A DNA stretch of 64,000 nucleotides from assembly GCA_051294905.1 (NCBI GenBank), contig CM119371.1, positions 28,894,001 through 28,958,000 on the forward strand, written 5' to 3'. Within the stretch, counting starts at the first letter, position 1, and every line of letters starts with the position of its first letter. This stretch comes from Botryllus schlosseri (lineage: Eukaryota). Below the pieces are notes generated by a model. That model did not search any database and was not told where the DNA came from. It was given only the letters and a program-made list of their open reading frames with translations. A program made the position numbers and the translations under genes. Of this stretch, positions 13,771-27,609 are shown piece after piece.

Positions 13771-14666
13771 CTTGGACAACAAGTACCGGTAATTAGTCGT
13801 TTCACAACTCGCGAGTCTAGATTACTTTTTACATCTGTGCTGCGACGCATCTTCCATAGCCATAGGCTACAGAGATTTACTCAGTAGAGAAAATCTCCCA
13901 TGTTTAGATCAAGCGAGGATAGTGAAAAGGAATGTTCCCGTGTAGAGGAGAAAACCACCCGCGCTCTTGCTTTATAAATGCGTTAAGATTACCATATCAC
14001 AATTCAACTTGTGCACAACTATGTGCGTCAAGTACAATGTACGCATGTTGGATTGGAAGTATGCAGCTCGACTGAAAATAATCAGGTTTATAAGGAATAT
14101 ATTTCAGTGATCAATTTTCAATCAACAGTGAATAATAATTAAGCGCTCTGTTAAGAATTGCTTTGCGGACCGGATAAAATCATCCCGCTGTCCGGATGCG
14201 GCATGCAGGCCGTATGTTAGACACCGCTGGTCTACAAGAGCCCAGCCGCTGGAGAGCAAAACTACTGTCGAAATGGTGTTAAGTGTACACTCGTAATCAT
14301 TGTAGAGATTAATGAGCGCTGTTTTGTTCAGGGCTTGTGTCCCTCTCATTCGGTGCCTATAAAATGTTGACCGACCGATCGCTTGCATATCAGAAATTCT
14401 CTGCGGAAATATTGGCATCTCATATTATCTCAATCTGCTCGAATGCAGGTGTGAGAAGAATATTGCAAGCTGCGAGGTATCTGCGAAATATTGCAAGCTG
14501 CGAGGTATCTGCGAAAGTGAACCGGTTTCTATAAATCAGAGTCCACATCATGTCAAAGTCCTGAATCCGGTATCCAAATATCCAAATCCCAGTTACCCAT
14601 CTCCGCCATTACGATGGCTAATTCTTGGTATCGTGTCGATAATGTACAGTTTAATTTGAACCGCAG

Positions 14667-17554
14667 ATCACATGCCAGAGCAAGAATTCAGGAATCTTTA
14701 TCGGGAAGTTGCAAGCGAGGAAGAGAAACGCAAAATCGCGTGTTTGGCAAAACTGGTAGGGATATGGTAATTACGGAGCTGAACACTGAACAGTGCACAC
14801 GGCAGTAGAATTTGATTACGCGTTCATTTTGACGTTCGTCCTGTTGACCCTAAGGCGAGCCCAGCCGACCCGTGGCCGTTTTTGGAGGATCCACGCGGTT
14901 CCTCAGATAGGAATAGATGTCCGCGGTTTTTCCATACTTACATTCACGACAAATTACAAATTATATTCTTGATAAATATCACTAAGCTAATAGCAGCAGA
15001 AAATACACATTTTATTTGGTCGATAAATTGATTACCCCGAAAGAGTTGATAGTTCGGTTCGTAGATTGACGACAGGTTGATTGGTTGGTTAGAAAACACA
15101 ATATTGCATAACAATGAACTTGAACAACTATACCACAATAAGCGTAGGTATAAGGTACCGACCGGTTTCTGGTGGCACGCGCTTTGTACGACGGCGATAG
15201 CACCCAATAAATGTTGTATGATATTGCGTGGCTCATTTTCAATTTCTGCGGTATCCTATGGTAGTATTGAAACATTCTTTCATGCTTACGGATATTATTG
15301 AATGGCCGCAGCTTTTTTGTTGTTGACCGACCGTCACGATGTGATTCCATTGACAGGAGATAATCGCCGAAAACATAACCTTGTTTCGAGATGACAAGAA
15401 GTGGGTGTGCGGTATACTGAAGGAGGCTTTGGCTATGTGTTAAGGTGATTCTGGGCGTATTACGGGACTTGACTAACTTGAATAAACAACGGGACTTGAC
15501 TAACTTGAATAAACAACTAACTTGCTCCGACAGGCTCTGTGAATGCAGGACTGCTTAATACTGAATTGATGAATCTTGCCCTCAATTCGAGGCGCTGCAA
15601 GCAATGAACGACGAGAATCAAGCTTCGGAAGCTGCAGAGGTAGATGATCCAGACCAACTACGCAACGAGTTTACGAGCACCGAGGTAATTTAACGATAGA
15701 TACCGTATTATTGAATGGCCGCCGCTAGTTTTCTTGTTGACCAACCGTCACGATGTGATTCCAATGACAGGAGATAATCGCCGTTACTCGGTGCTGATTT
15801 ACTGTATCCAAGTCGATTTTGCCATTCATTTATTTAACCAAAATTGAGGATAAAATCTCACAGAGGAGGACATTTGGGTGTCCTCCGAGGACACTTTAAA
15901 AAAAAGTGGACAAAGACGTGTGGTAACCCTATCATAAATCATCTGATGTTGTTTACCGCCGCACAGGTAAAGTTTGAATTATATTCAGTACGAACCGGCG
16001 AATAGTATTTACGAGACTATAGCGAGGGGGGACTATAGCGATGGAAGGGAATTATGAATGAAGTTCTTCGTTAAGACTATAGTTGAGCAAGATATAGTAC
16101 GGGCTATTATTGAATTTTTTCGCATGCTTGCTAAGATGTGTATTGGTAATCAAATGGTGTTTCGAATAGTAGTTCAATCACAATAATTTGCTTGATAGCG
16201 TTGGACTTGATATAAATGATGACTTTGGCCTTTTCCGTGACCTGAAATGTCAGTTTGGCGGCAGTGAACAGCGTGATACTTGTCAAGTTATTTATTGCTC
16301 TGAGCGTAATGCGTACTACCGGTCCGTTGGTATTTCAATGCTAAACCGCGGAAAAGTGTCGTTACCCATCACCGAATCTTGACGTGTTCTAGTTATGGCT
16401 TTTATATTAATTCATCAGCCCAAGTTTTGTCAACAGAAGGAGCTCGTGTACCATCTTAAAAAGTACATTGAACACTCTTGAGATACTTTTCACGCTGGTG
16501 ACGTCATATCTCATACGATTGTTGATATACAATGTTCTTTCCAATTTTCTAGTCTAGTTGCTGACGATTAGCTCTTGACGAGTGTCAGCCGACTTCTATT
16601 CAACAATTTTATGCGGGAGTTCTGTCCCTCCAAGAAGCTCTTCAAATTCAACACTCGAACAAAATCGTCTTTTGCTACTGGATTCAGATTCGAGTACTCG
16701 AATCATTGTGCCCGGCCCCAATCAACTCTGCGTCGGGCCGCCTCTTGAATGCAGTCATCAATTGGTGACTGTCGAAGCTAGATGGCGAACTGGGTTATCA
16801 GTTCGTTGGAGGACGTCCCTTGTCTCGCACATGGGCCATGTGACATGGCCTTCGCCAAGGACATAATCCTTACGACCATGAATACCAGGTGCAGTTGGAA
16901 TTGGCGGAGTGCGGGTTTTAAAGATCAACCCGTTCACGTGCGCGAGTCTTGGTTCATGACGACGGCAAGCAAAAAACCTGGGCGGTCAGCCCTCGTGACC
17001 AACCGATATCGCCGAAAACATAACCTTGTTTCGAGATGACGAGAAGTGGGTGTGCGGTATACTGAAGCAGGCTTTGGCTGTGTGTTAAGGTGATTCTGGG
17101 CGTTTATTAATTATGGGACTTGACAACTAACTTGCTCTGACAGGCTCTGAATGCAGAACTGCTTATCCACTAAATTGATGAACTTGCCCTCCATTCGAGG
17201 CGCTGCAAGCAATGAACGAGAATCGAGCTTCGGAAGCTGCAGAGGTAGATGATCCAGACCAGCTACGCAACGAGTTTACGAGCACCGAGGTAATTTAACG
17301 ATTGATACATTATTATTGAATGAATGGCAGCAGCTTGCTTTGTTTTGTCGACCAACCGTCACGATGTGATTCGATAGCAGAAAACATAACCTTGTTTCGA
17401 GATGACGAGAAGTGGGTGTGCGGTATACTGAAGGTGGCTTTGGCTATGTGGCCTCCAAGTCGAGGCGCTGCAAGCAATGAACGAGAATCAAGCTTAGGAA
17501 GCTGGAGAGGTAGATGATCTAGACCAGCTACGCAACGAGTTCACGAGCACCGTG
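14667..17554 (+). pseudogene. Unrecognised multi-exon gene, copy 2, with tandemly re-duplicated exons
   Basis: Inverted paralogue of ~510-2420. Exon 14667-14755 reads MPEQEFRNLYREVASEEEKRKIACLAKL; exon 15357-15444 has GAA>TAA; an acidic exon lies at ~15534-15685. Further copies occur at ~15705-15783, ~17005-17290 and ~17310-17554. Confidence 0.55.
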
Positions 17555-17932
17555 GTAATTGAAAATTGATACTGTATTCGAATAATATGTTTCATGCGTC
17601 ACATCGTTTTAATCTGAGTCACCGGGAAGAGTTTCTATTGCGTGATAAGAGTACCCTGAACCCAATGCAAGTACTAACCCCGTACTAACTCAAAACCTCC
17701 ACTATTTTGAATTGTATTTTTCACTCAGGTTACGGACATTGATATAATTGTGATTTGACTTGTTTACTCAACAGGTCAGACACGCGGACATCCTACACCA
17801 GCTACGGTCCTGCTCTAGCACCTAAGAGCGATTCTCAAGGGTATATGACCCTTATCTTTACCATTCAATTGCATAGTGTGGAGAATATTCGACTGCTCAC
17901 TCTACGGCAACATTCCAATTATGTATGTATAG

Positions 17933-18560
17933 TGATGAATTCCTATCGATGTTCGGTTCGCGCGCACCTGTTCGCGAAGAGAAGTACTATTAAAGTCCAT
18001 TTAGCGACGCACACCGATGTCAAGAACCACGAATGTGAGATTCGTGGTTCGAAGATTCCTTCAAACAGGAAATAATCTCCATACACACACAGTGGGACTC
18101 TTCGACGTAAAGAAGCACGGATGCGAGGATTGCGGAAGACGTTTTGCTAAAAAAAAAGCACATTGACCACTCACGCACGCTACAGTAAAAACATCTTATG
18201 GTTGTGAGATTTGCGAGAAATATTTCCCGCGGACAAGTACTCTACGCGGTCATTTGCTAACGCACATCGGGTGTAAAAATCACGGTTGCACCTACTGCGG
18301 GCAAAGACGCAGGCCCGGGAAATGCGGACCAAGTGCACGAAGAAGGGCACCGACAGTCTCGAGAGACTCGTAACCCCGGAGAGGCACGGTCGGATTCCCG
18401 AGGACGAAATGTGTGCATGTTTCGTTCGTCTCGTGTATCGGTACGGTGCAAAATGTTTTTACGCAGATCCTCACGTTTTCTCAGACCGTATTTAATCTGC
18501 GACGTATCTCATCATTGGTTGTGCGCGCACTGCGGCGCGAAGCGAACACATGGAATAAGG
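17933..18560 (+). pseudogene. C2H2 zinc-finger pseudo-exon (5 or more decayed fingers)
   Basis: tgtatag|tg ATG gives MNSYRCSVRAHLFAKRSTIKVHLATHTDVKNHECEI. Other frames give KHGCEDCGRRFAKK and SYGCEICEKYFPRTSTLRGHLLTHIGCKNHGCTYCGQR. The 3' limit is approximate. Confidence 0.8.
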
Positions 18561-20656
18561 AGACGTACGTTCACGAAACGGTGTATCCGTCAGCAAGGCG
18601 CATTGCGCGAAAAAGCGAATATGGTTATTAGACTCGTTACAGTGTAGAAAGGCACGGGACTCGTTACCGTAGAAAGGCACGGTGTAACACGGGCTGACGA
18701 AACGTAAGTACTTCGCGTGTCGGGTCGCCAACCAGTATGTCGAGACGATATTTACGCAGGAGTGACTAACAAGAATGGAGGAAAACTTGGAAAATAGGAC
18801 GTCACTCGACAGCCGGTCAAATTTTTAGTCCGCGTATTACCAAACGTCAAGCTGGAGCAGCCACTCATGCTGCGGAGACTGAAAGACAACGACAGGCTCT
18901 GCCAAACCGAGTGGTATGTCACTGAACAACGCATTTAGGCCGTTGGACTCTTCTCCGATACCTCGGATGTCACTCGATAGCTAGTTTCTCAAATCCGGAT
19001 CCTTTTGACAGCGGACTGGGCTGCCCCACGTGCATGCCGGAGATACAGTGACAAAGCCGAAAAGTCTGGGACACTGCAGGCACCCAATCGGCGACGTTGA
19101 TGGGCGCATGTTTGACGACTGTTTCATTTTAGACTTCGCTTATAGTAAACTTCTGTGCATTTTTAGACATCTTCTTTTCATGGAACTTCTTGGAGGTGCA
19201 GACCTTCAATATATATACACAAGAGAATAGTAGAATAGTATATTCTTATCTAAATGAACCCGAATCACAATGTTATTTCCCATTATCTAAGAACCCGAAT
19301 CACAATGTTACTGCCCATTATCTAAGAACCCGAATCACAATGTTACTGCCCATTCTCTACACGAGTTGCTGACGTTACCCCTGACGAGGGTCAGCCGAAA
19401 GTATTTTGACTCATTTCAAGGTATAGTAGAGTGGGCTCATACGAATATATTTCTCTCATCTTCTTTGTTTATCTGCCGTTACGTAGAGGCCCCTGTTTAT
19501 CTGCCCTTTTTATCTGCCGTTACGTAGAGGCCCCTATTTCATATTTGATTCCGAATTGCAAGTCCCTTACCCTTTTTACTGATGGTATCCAACAACAAGT
19601 GTTAGTTGAGAAGCTTGCAGCTATCATCAACTGGAGGGGCGATTTTTTTTAGGGGCCTCAGCTACTCTGATAACACGCTGAATCTGTGTCGTAATTATCA
19701 CCGAATTGTGTCGATTATTGCTATAGTAGTGATTGAAACAGTGGTATTGAAACTGTTGATATTCTGGTGTGAAATGCAAGGTAGTAGTGGTGATATGTCA
19801 TCGTTCTTCCACTGGCATGGTGCAGATCAAGATTTACAATGAAGGGTTCACGGAGTGGTTAGTTCTTCAGATATTTTCCTGACATCGACCACATATTGAT
19901 CTTCGACTAGGCCTATTATTGAACAATCTAGCATCAAAACGGAAAGAACATTAAAAAGACGTGCGTGCAGACCCCTAATCAGTTTTTTACACACCTGGCC
20001 GACCCTCCCGACGTTTTGCAGTCAATATGAGGGTTGTCTGACGATACGTACAACAGTAAACTATCTCGTCAACCTTACACCCACACTCGCCGAGGGAGTG
20101 GTGCACCGGGTACTAGCCCGACCTGCCAGCCGACATCTATACTGATGTGGTGCGTTCTTTACCATATTCATCATATACTGGTGCACCGGACGCGTGCGCA
20201 CCAGCATGAGTTATGCCTACAAACCGCCGATCGCAACGCCTGCATTGGTTACAACTATATGTGAAAGATGAAGGACGAGAAAGGACTCATCAAAGCGGGG
20301 TCAGTGGACGTGACGCTGATCGGTGACGTCACCAGAATATCGTAGAGCTGGTAGTTTCAAATACCATGCATGAAGTCACGCTCTCCAGAACAAAGATAAA
20401 AGGAGAGCCGTTATCCGGTATTCGTCGATACTGGTGAACTCGCGATAATAACTCGACAGGTGGGTAAGATCATATATTATTACTGATCTGATCACTTTTC
20501 GATTGCCATAGTTTGAACTAGTAGTTCTCCTGCTCTGTGTATTTCGCCCGTCGCTTAGGATGCTAGCTGAACAAGGGTATGAGATACAATACAGTCACAA
20601 GCGTCAACAAGATGCAGATAGATACGTAGACACCGTAGGTCTAACACGTAGCAAGT

Positions 20657-21016
20657 TGTCACAATCCCCTAACAGGAGTTAACGCCAGGCGTAGTGTAAA
20701 GTCGGGTAGCGGGTAGAGCGATAGCGAACACGAAGACGACAGCGGCCTCGGAAGAAGAAATTGGAAGACGCAAACGCCACGCCAACACGGCGTAAAAAGA
20801 ATCGACCTGTCTCACACACGCGTCCTGTCCTGAACACGACAAACAAATAATGAGCGTACGTGTGAACGACAAACCCGTACCAGCGCGCATACAATAATCT
20901 CTCGGCGCGCGCGTCGAAGCGAAGGATATGTGAAGTGTGAACGCGATTCTCTCTAATTAACGAAATAGCAATTACGTAAGCATGTGTCTGAGCATCACCT
21001 TCCCAATAACATGACA
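20657..21016. mobile_element. Possible LTR (360 bp)
   Basis: TGTCA...TGACA termini and a CpG-rich interior; no TSD or clear PBS/PPT found. Confidence 0.35.
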
Positions 21017-22245
21017 ATTTCCCTAGTAACTCGCTAACACAGGGTTTTCATAGTGTCCACTAGGGCTGTTCAAATTTGAAAGATTTTCAGGAAACCTCGT
21101 TCGCGTAATTTCAAATGATGGTTTAGTACCGGGGTGGCCAACCTTTTTACTATTCACCGCCGTATTGCGATTGCTTATGTAGCCTACAGCCGAATTCTAG
21201 GGCATAGACATCGTCGCAATGAGCTAACTGGACACCTAATACCCATGTTAAACTGTCCGTGTCCATTTCCGGTGAATTTTGTATTAATCTACTTTTTCAT
21301 ATCGTCTTACTCTCCGCATCAGAATCGCTAGTGGTGATGTGACGAATAGTTACTGGGTTCGCGCCAATATATTTTCAGATTCGCGTATGGATTTCGTCAT
21401 TAATATTAGTAGTTTCGCATATTACTATCAAATATTTATCCTGTCTCAGCCCATGTGAACAGAATCACCGATAGACTGCATGGAGGGAGTGTTTTCGAAA
21501 ATTCAGGGCTAGTTACAAATGATGATGCATATTCGGTAGGCCAATTGTTATAAGTCACCTTGCTGCATGCTGTTATTTCTTTACCTCCCATCAGGATTGT
21601 CGGTGTAGTGGTAATATTTTGGAATCTCCCAAACGTGCCAGAAACAAATTTCTTTCGTGAGGAGCACACGATTCCAAGGTGGTATTTCTGTAAGGGATGG
21701 ATCATTTTCGTCCGCTGTTCGCATCTGTGTAGTCAGGGGCTCAGATTGCAAAGGGCGCTACTACATTAAAATCAAAAAGTGAAGTCTCATGGAATCGCGC
21801 TTAGCCCGAAGAAAAATTCAAGATCGGTTCAATCTCTCATAGCTTTAAAATCAATTTCCTAAAAATCGGGAGTCAAATCGTAAATTCAATTTTCATGTCG
21901 ACGGCCGCCAACGCCCGCATACTAATTGAATTAGGTGTCCAGGGCAGCACAATTATCCTTCTGCGGCAGACTTGCACAAACTAAACATTTAGTTAGTTGA
22001 CTGTCAATAGTCATTGGTCAACTGACTGACGTTTTTTGAGTAGTTCTAATTCTAGTTCTAGTTGCTGATTTCGAAAATTAAGTAGTTGTAGTCACTGGCG
22101 CAGCAACATGTGCTGCCGCCCCTGGCTTTGCTTAAAATGCCGCCCCCCCCCCCCCTAAGTAGACCGCAGCAAATTTCGACATAGATTCCTGTTCAAGCAA
22201 TCTTGTCAATAAAAATAATTACAAATAATATGCCACGTCTCAGTC

Positions 22246-22500
22246 TCACCGTCTCAACGTTGATAAGGCCCAAAATAATAAAGACAAGAAATAGCGAACG
22301 AATGTATTCTGCAAATAGAAAATCAATAGCCGCCTCAAAGCAAAATCAGCGATAATACCCTCAAATTCAAGTTTTTGAACGTAGTCTCTTGCTATAGACA
22401 GAATGGATAGAGCTGATAGCCGATCATCATTCATGGTAGAACGTAAATAAGACTTAATCATTTGATCTTTGAGAAGCTTCTCACACAGCTCGCAATAGAA
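22246..22500 (-). mobile_element. hAT (Tip100/ZMYM1-like) transposase C-terminal dimerisation remnant
   Basis: IKSYLRSTMNDDRLSALSILSIARDYVQKLEFEGIIADFA matches the typical IK.YLRSTM...RL..L.ILSIE motif. Confidence 0.8.
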
Positions 22501-25500
22501 ACACCAATGGTCTGATAAAGTTCCAGACACGAGCATAGATATCGTGTCGAATCAAGTAGATTTGCATTAACTAACCACTGTAAAACATCACACGCTGTTG
22601 CGCTACGATCAAACGTGGTTTAATTGCTCCGCACCAGCCCCTTAACCCTTTCAAAATCTCTAGTTAAACAACTTCATATGATCATATCTTAATTTGTGTA
22701 CGTCCTAGAGGCCTCATATTGATTTGTACGAAAAGCTAGCCATCTTCTGATTTATATGATCCCTAATTCGAAGGTATAAGGCACAGGGTTGTAATGACTC
22801 GAGTCACGAATTTTTGGTGACTCGACTTGACTTGAGTCATTTTCTTGAAAAGGGAAAATGACTCGACTCGACTCGAGTCAATATTTGGATTGAATCGTCT
22901 TGTACTCGAGTCATTACGCATGACTCGACCCAAGTCATTGACTCGGCATATTTTATATGACTTGAAGATGAAGAAATTTGCGAATCGTACTGGCTAGGCC
23001 GTGAAACCTTGATTGGCCGTGTTTGGGCATACCAGGCACAGTTTAAAGCTACGAACGTTACTGGAAATAACACATTTCCGAAGTCATTATCATCCAACAA
23101 AATTGTTAAGAAGTGCAATGAAATCGGTATGGTCGAAAAATTACCAAAGTATCTTTAATGAGATGTATAACAGGTATTACGCTCTTTGTGGTGGCATAAA
23201 AGGTTTATATTTGGACTTCGACATAGTGCATCCGGTTGTGACGTCATAATGAGTGATACTCGATTACTCGACTCGACTCGAAGCATATTACGTGATTCAG
23301 AATCGAATCACGCAGGTACTAAATTTTGCCCAGCCCTACTCATAACCCCTCGTAACGACGAATGGCTGATTGGATACACGCTTTCTCGTCTGTTTGTTTT
23401 GTGCTATTCATCATGTTTTTTTACTACAATGGTTATTTACACCAGGCAGGGATATATAGAACTCCGGGATGGCTGACTGCGTCATCGCGGTATTACCTTA
23501 TGGGTCCAGATTCGCGCATTCAGTTTTGATGCACGTTCCGGTCAGCCGCTTCGTCTGTGTGTAATTTTAAGTTTTTGAGAGCGTTAGAGGCATATGATAT
23601 CCATGTTTATGTTATTATATAAAGCTAGAGGTTTACTAGGTTATGAGATGTTCAGGTAGTCTGAAACTTTGCGGTATTAGCCCTATTCCTTCAACAGCAA
23701 TTTAACGGTATACCGGGCGGTACGGTCATTTACTCGCCTTCGGAATATCTCTGCTTGTGTAGTATCTTAGGTAACATGTTTTGCCGCGCTGATAATCGTG
23801 AGAAGATAACAAAATGTAGAATAATTTCCAACGTTGACATTGATATCCGCAGTATGATTTTGATTACGCCTTGCGGTATGTTTTTCATTTACCGGTATGC
23901 TATGCGAATGTATGTCACCATCCAAGGCTGTACACTGTACAGTGTACATTGTACAATTACAAGTGTACATTTACACTGTGCCGTGTCAACTATGAAGGCG
24001 ACCGTTAGGAGGGACTTCGTCAGTTAAGATCTTGTACTATAGATTAATGTGTGAATATGCAGGTAGTGCTGGTATTGCAGGTTTACCGGTATTCCAGATC
24101 ATTGCTGGATTATTCCTAGTAAGAATTGGAGCCACTGAGTACACCACCGGTGTGCAAGATTCAAGAGGCATTTCAATTAAGGATAACCAAACATTTAAAT
24201 CTAATACAAACACAACACGTCAAGGTCGTTGCAGTTGTAAGTGTCCATAACAACTGTTGAATCCAATCTCTTGTTACAGATACTATTCATCAGTTACATG
24301 TCTAGTAAAACAAGGCAGGCATATGTTTGTTCATGAACGGCACCTCAATACTACAGTACTGGAATTATACTTCAACAGAAGTGCACTGTTGTGAACTGCC
24401 AATGGCTGACTCCCAGTATATGGCCACAGCATTTGTTGACCATTTGCTCTTACTGAAGCCATGAAGATGCCCACTCCCTTGAATGGATAAGCCAACACAA
24501 TCGTCAGGACACGATACGACCCTGAGATACGGCCTGTCTTTACCATATAAACACTTATAGCCTATAGGCTATATAGGCCTGTACGATGGAGGAAGAGAAA
24601 ACTCTGAAGATTGCTTTCAATTTGCAAGGTTTAGTCAAATCATCGCAATAACGCATGAACGTCTCCTCAGTCGGCCCAAGGTAAGTTTGGTTGATTCTAG
24701 TGATACGCTATTAAATGAGCGATTTACATTAATCCTGATGTGGTTAAAGTAGTCTGCATTGCTACTCAAGTAACAGTTGTATTCCCGGGCGTACGGTATT
24801 TAAACTTCCTCAAGTAGCTGTAGAAAGTGAAATGCCTGCAAGGTACTTAAGTTTGGAGATGGCTGCTTCAAAATTACAAGATGTATCTTCGAAAATAGGC
24901 AACACCTACTTGAGTACTGCAGTGAAGTAGAAGTTCTTCATTACTGACCAACTCTGCATACATCTTTATATATTCCTAATGTTAATTTGTGTCTCTAAAT
25001 ACATCATTTGTTCATTTATGTTGCAGATTCCGGAAAAACAAACGCGATGTTCCAGCATTTGCATCACGTCAACAGTGGATATCCTGATATAATATACTGG
25101 GCACATTCCATTGAAATCTTGGCAAAGATGGCCACGATCTGAATATTTGGATCTCGTGCCTCCTCACCGAGATGAATTTTTGTCATGGAATCATCTATCG
25201 GAAAATCTGCAAGACAATGATACTGAATATTTCTTAGCTGATAAATGGCATGAAATGCTTCAGGAGGCCCATTCGTGATGTACCGTTAAGCCATGGTGGT
25301 ACTTTCTTCACTGCGGTCATGAAACTATTTCTCGGTGAACAAAATATCAGCTGAATTCAACAACTGGGTCTACCGAATGCTTCTTAAATTGATAATGATA
25401 TGTACCAAACTGCTACCCTGGCTACATTTGAACCTGAAGAGAAGTATCAATGGTGTGTTGATTTCTTGATCAACTTTCATTGAGTGACATAGAAGCTGAC

Positions 25501-27609
25501 AATGCTGCCATCACAATTTCGAGTTCTTACAGGCCGTGCTATCTTTTCGTTATTGGAAATGCTCCATGGTAGGGGTGCATTTAAAACAAACGGTGTTTAA
25601 AACATGCTTCAAACAGTGTTTTGAACAAAGGCCTTTTGAAAAAAATTCTTTTTAAGTTGTAAAATTATGCCATAATTGTGTAGATACTTTCCAAAATACG
25701 TGTTGTATGAGCCTACGGACGATTACCACCCGATATAGCCGACTAATATCGATATGGGATGGCTGGAACCCTCAAAATAGTCGGTTCAACAGCAATAGCC
25801 CAGATATTTCGTCAAAGGAGGTATAGTTACATCATATTTTCAATTGTCAATGTCAATCCAATATGACGTCACTATTGAATATTCTTGACGTCATGGCTTA
25901 AAAAAGTATGTTTTATACAAGGGCCTGGTTTTAAACATGTTTGTCGATTGTAATTGTCGATTAACGCGAATTGAAACGGTTAATTTAACCAATCCTATTA
26001 ACCCCCCCCCCCCCCTCCCAGCTGCAAGGTTTCCGACACTGGCTTGTAAATAGGTAAAAGACGCTGATATTATTCGTTATTCACCCTGTTATTCATGGCC
26101 TGATGCAAATTATATGATGTGTAGAAATTAAACACATTCATGATTTACTGAAATTCAGAGCTGTCATAGTTTACTTGGTTGGCTATACAGCAGTGTCACA
26201 CTTTACTAGGTTGGCTATACAGCAGTAAGGTTGTGATAAGGGAAGAATGTCTAGCTTATTCACTAACTATTCCGCAAATGGTAGAGGATCGTTATTCTAG
26301 AAACAGCTGTATCGCTAGCTTGCAAAAAAGTGGATATTTCGAGGCAGATTGCAGGTAACTTTCTGGACCTACTTAGGTAAAGGCCAAAATGAAGTCAGCC
26401 ATCCCGGAGTTCTATATATCCCTGACACCAGGCCAATATTCTTTATTATGATTCCGCATCTGAAGACTTGGAGCACGGTCCACTTCCAGCAGATCGGATG
26501 GCGAGGAACCTACATAAGCGTTTCACGTCTGTAATCATCTGTTACATGCAGAACCTTAACCGCTCGACCCAATTCCCCAATTGGTGCATCGAGCTTGAAG
26601 AGAGACCAAAATTATCTCAGGAATCAACATAAATTATTGAGTATTTGTTGGAAGCGTTATTGAACTTCTTTCAAATTTTCTTGGCGCGTTGCGCGAATTG
26701 GCATTGTTAAAAGTCTTGGTTTTAATACCCATCTCCCTAATAGAATAATACGCATAATTTATAAAAATAGGCCTTTCGATGTCGGCCATTACTGCGCCAT
26801 TACAGACCAAGACATATGAAGTTTTGGCCAACATGCGATTCCGCGAATTGTGCAGCCAAAAATGTCGACAGTGAGAAAACCTCTGCCGAAAAGCATCGAA
26901 ACCTTCAGTGTATGTATGCTGAATTGTCCATGGACTATATACGGTAGGCGCCTAAATGACTGTCTCCAAATATTGCTGTCGCCAAAAATTCGTAGTAGTA
27001 TATGTAATTGGCAATATCATTGACCGAATGCCATCATGAATTTCGAAAAATATTCACGCTAGGCGCGACCAGATAACTGTAACACACTGACAACATAAAA
27101 ACTGGCACCCACGAGCAGTGGTTTAAACATTAATCGCGAAAGGGCGTCTAGCTGGTCGCGACATGAAATTTGGATGAAAAGTGGGTCGCGAACTGAAAAA
27201 GGTTGAGAAGCACTGTACTAGAACATACGCCATTCGAGTAGATGCATAAAATACGAATATATCCTCCTCCACGCAGGCTACACATCATGCATTTATGATA
27301 TGCATGTGCATTTGGGTTGTTCAAAAATATCTTTTTCCGGATCCAGTGATTCACTGACTAATTGTCAGGTTACCCTAAAAACGCTGCACACAAAATTTGG
27401 TTCAATTCCAACAAGTAGAAGCCGCCGCAGAGACAATTAAAATTCTTAATTACATATGAATAAAAAGAAATTGAAAAAAAATGAATTCTTCTGTCACTCC
27501 CATGTTGAGTTGTCTTCAAAAACGATGCAAAACAAATATGACTCAATTCCAACCTGTAGAAATGAAGATACTGCAGTTGAAGGTGCTGAATTTGCAAAAA
27601 TAGCAATGT

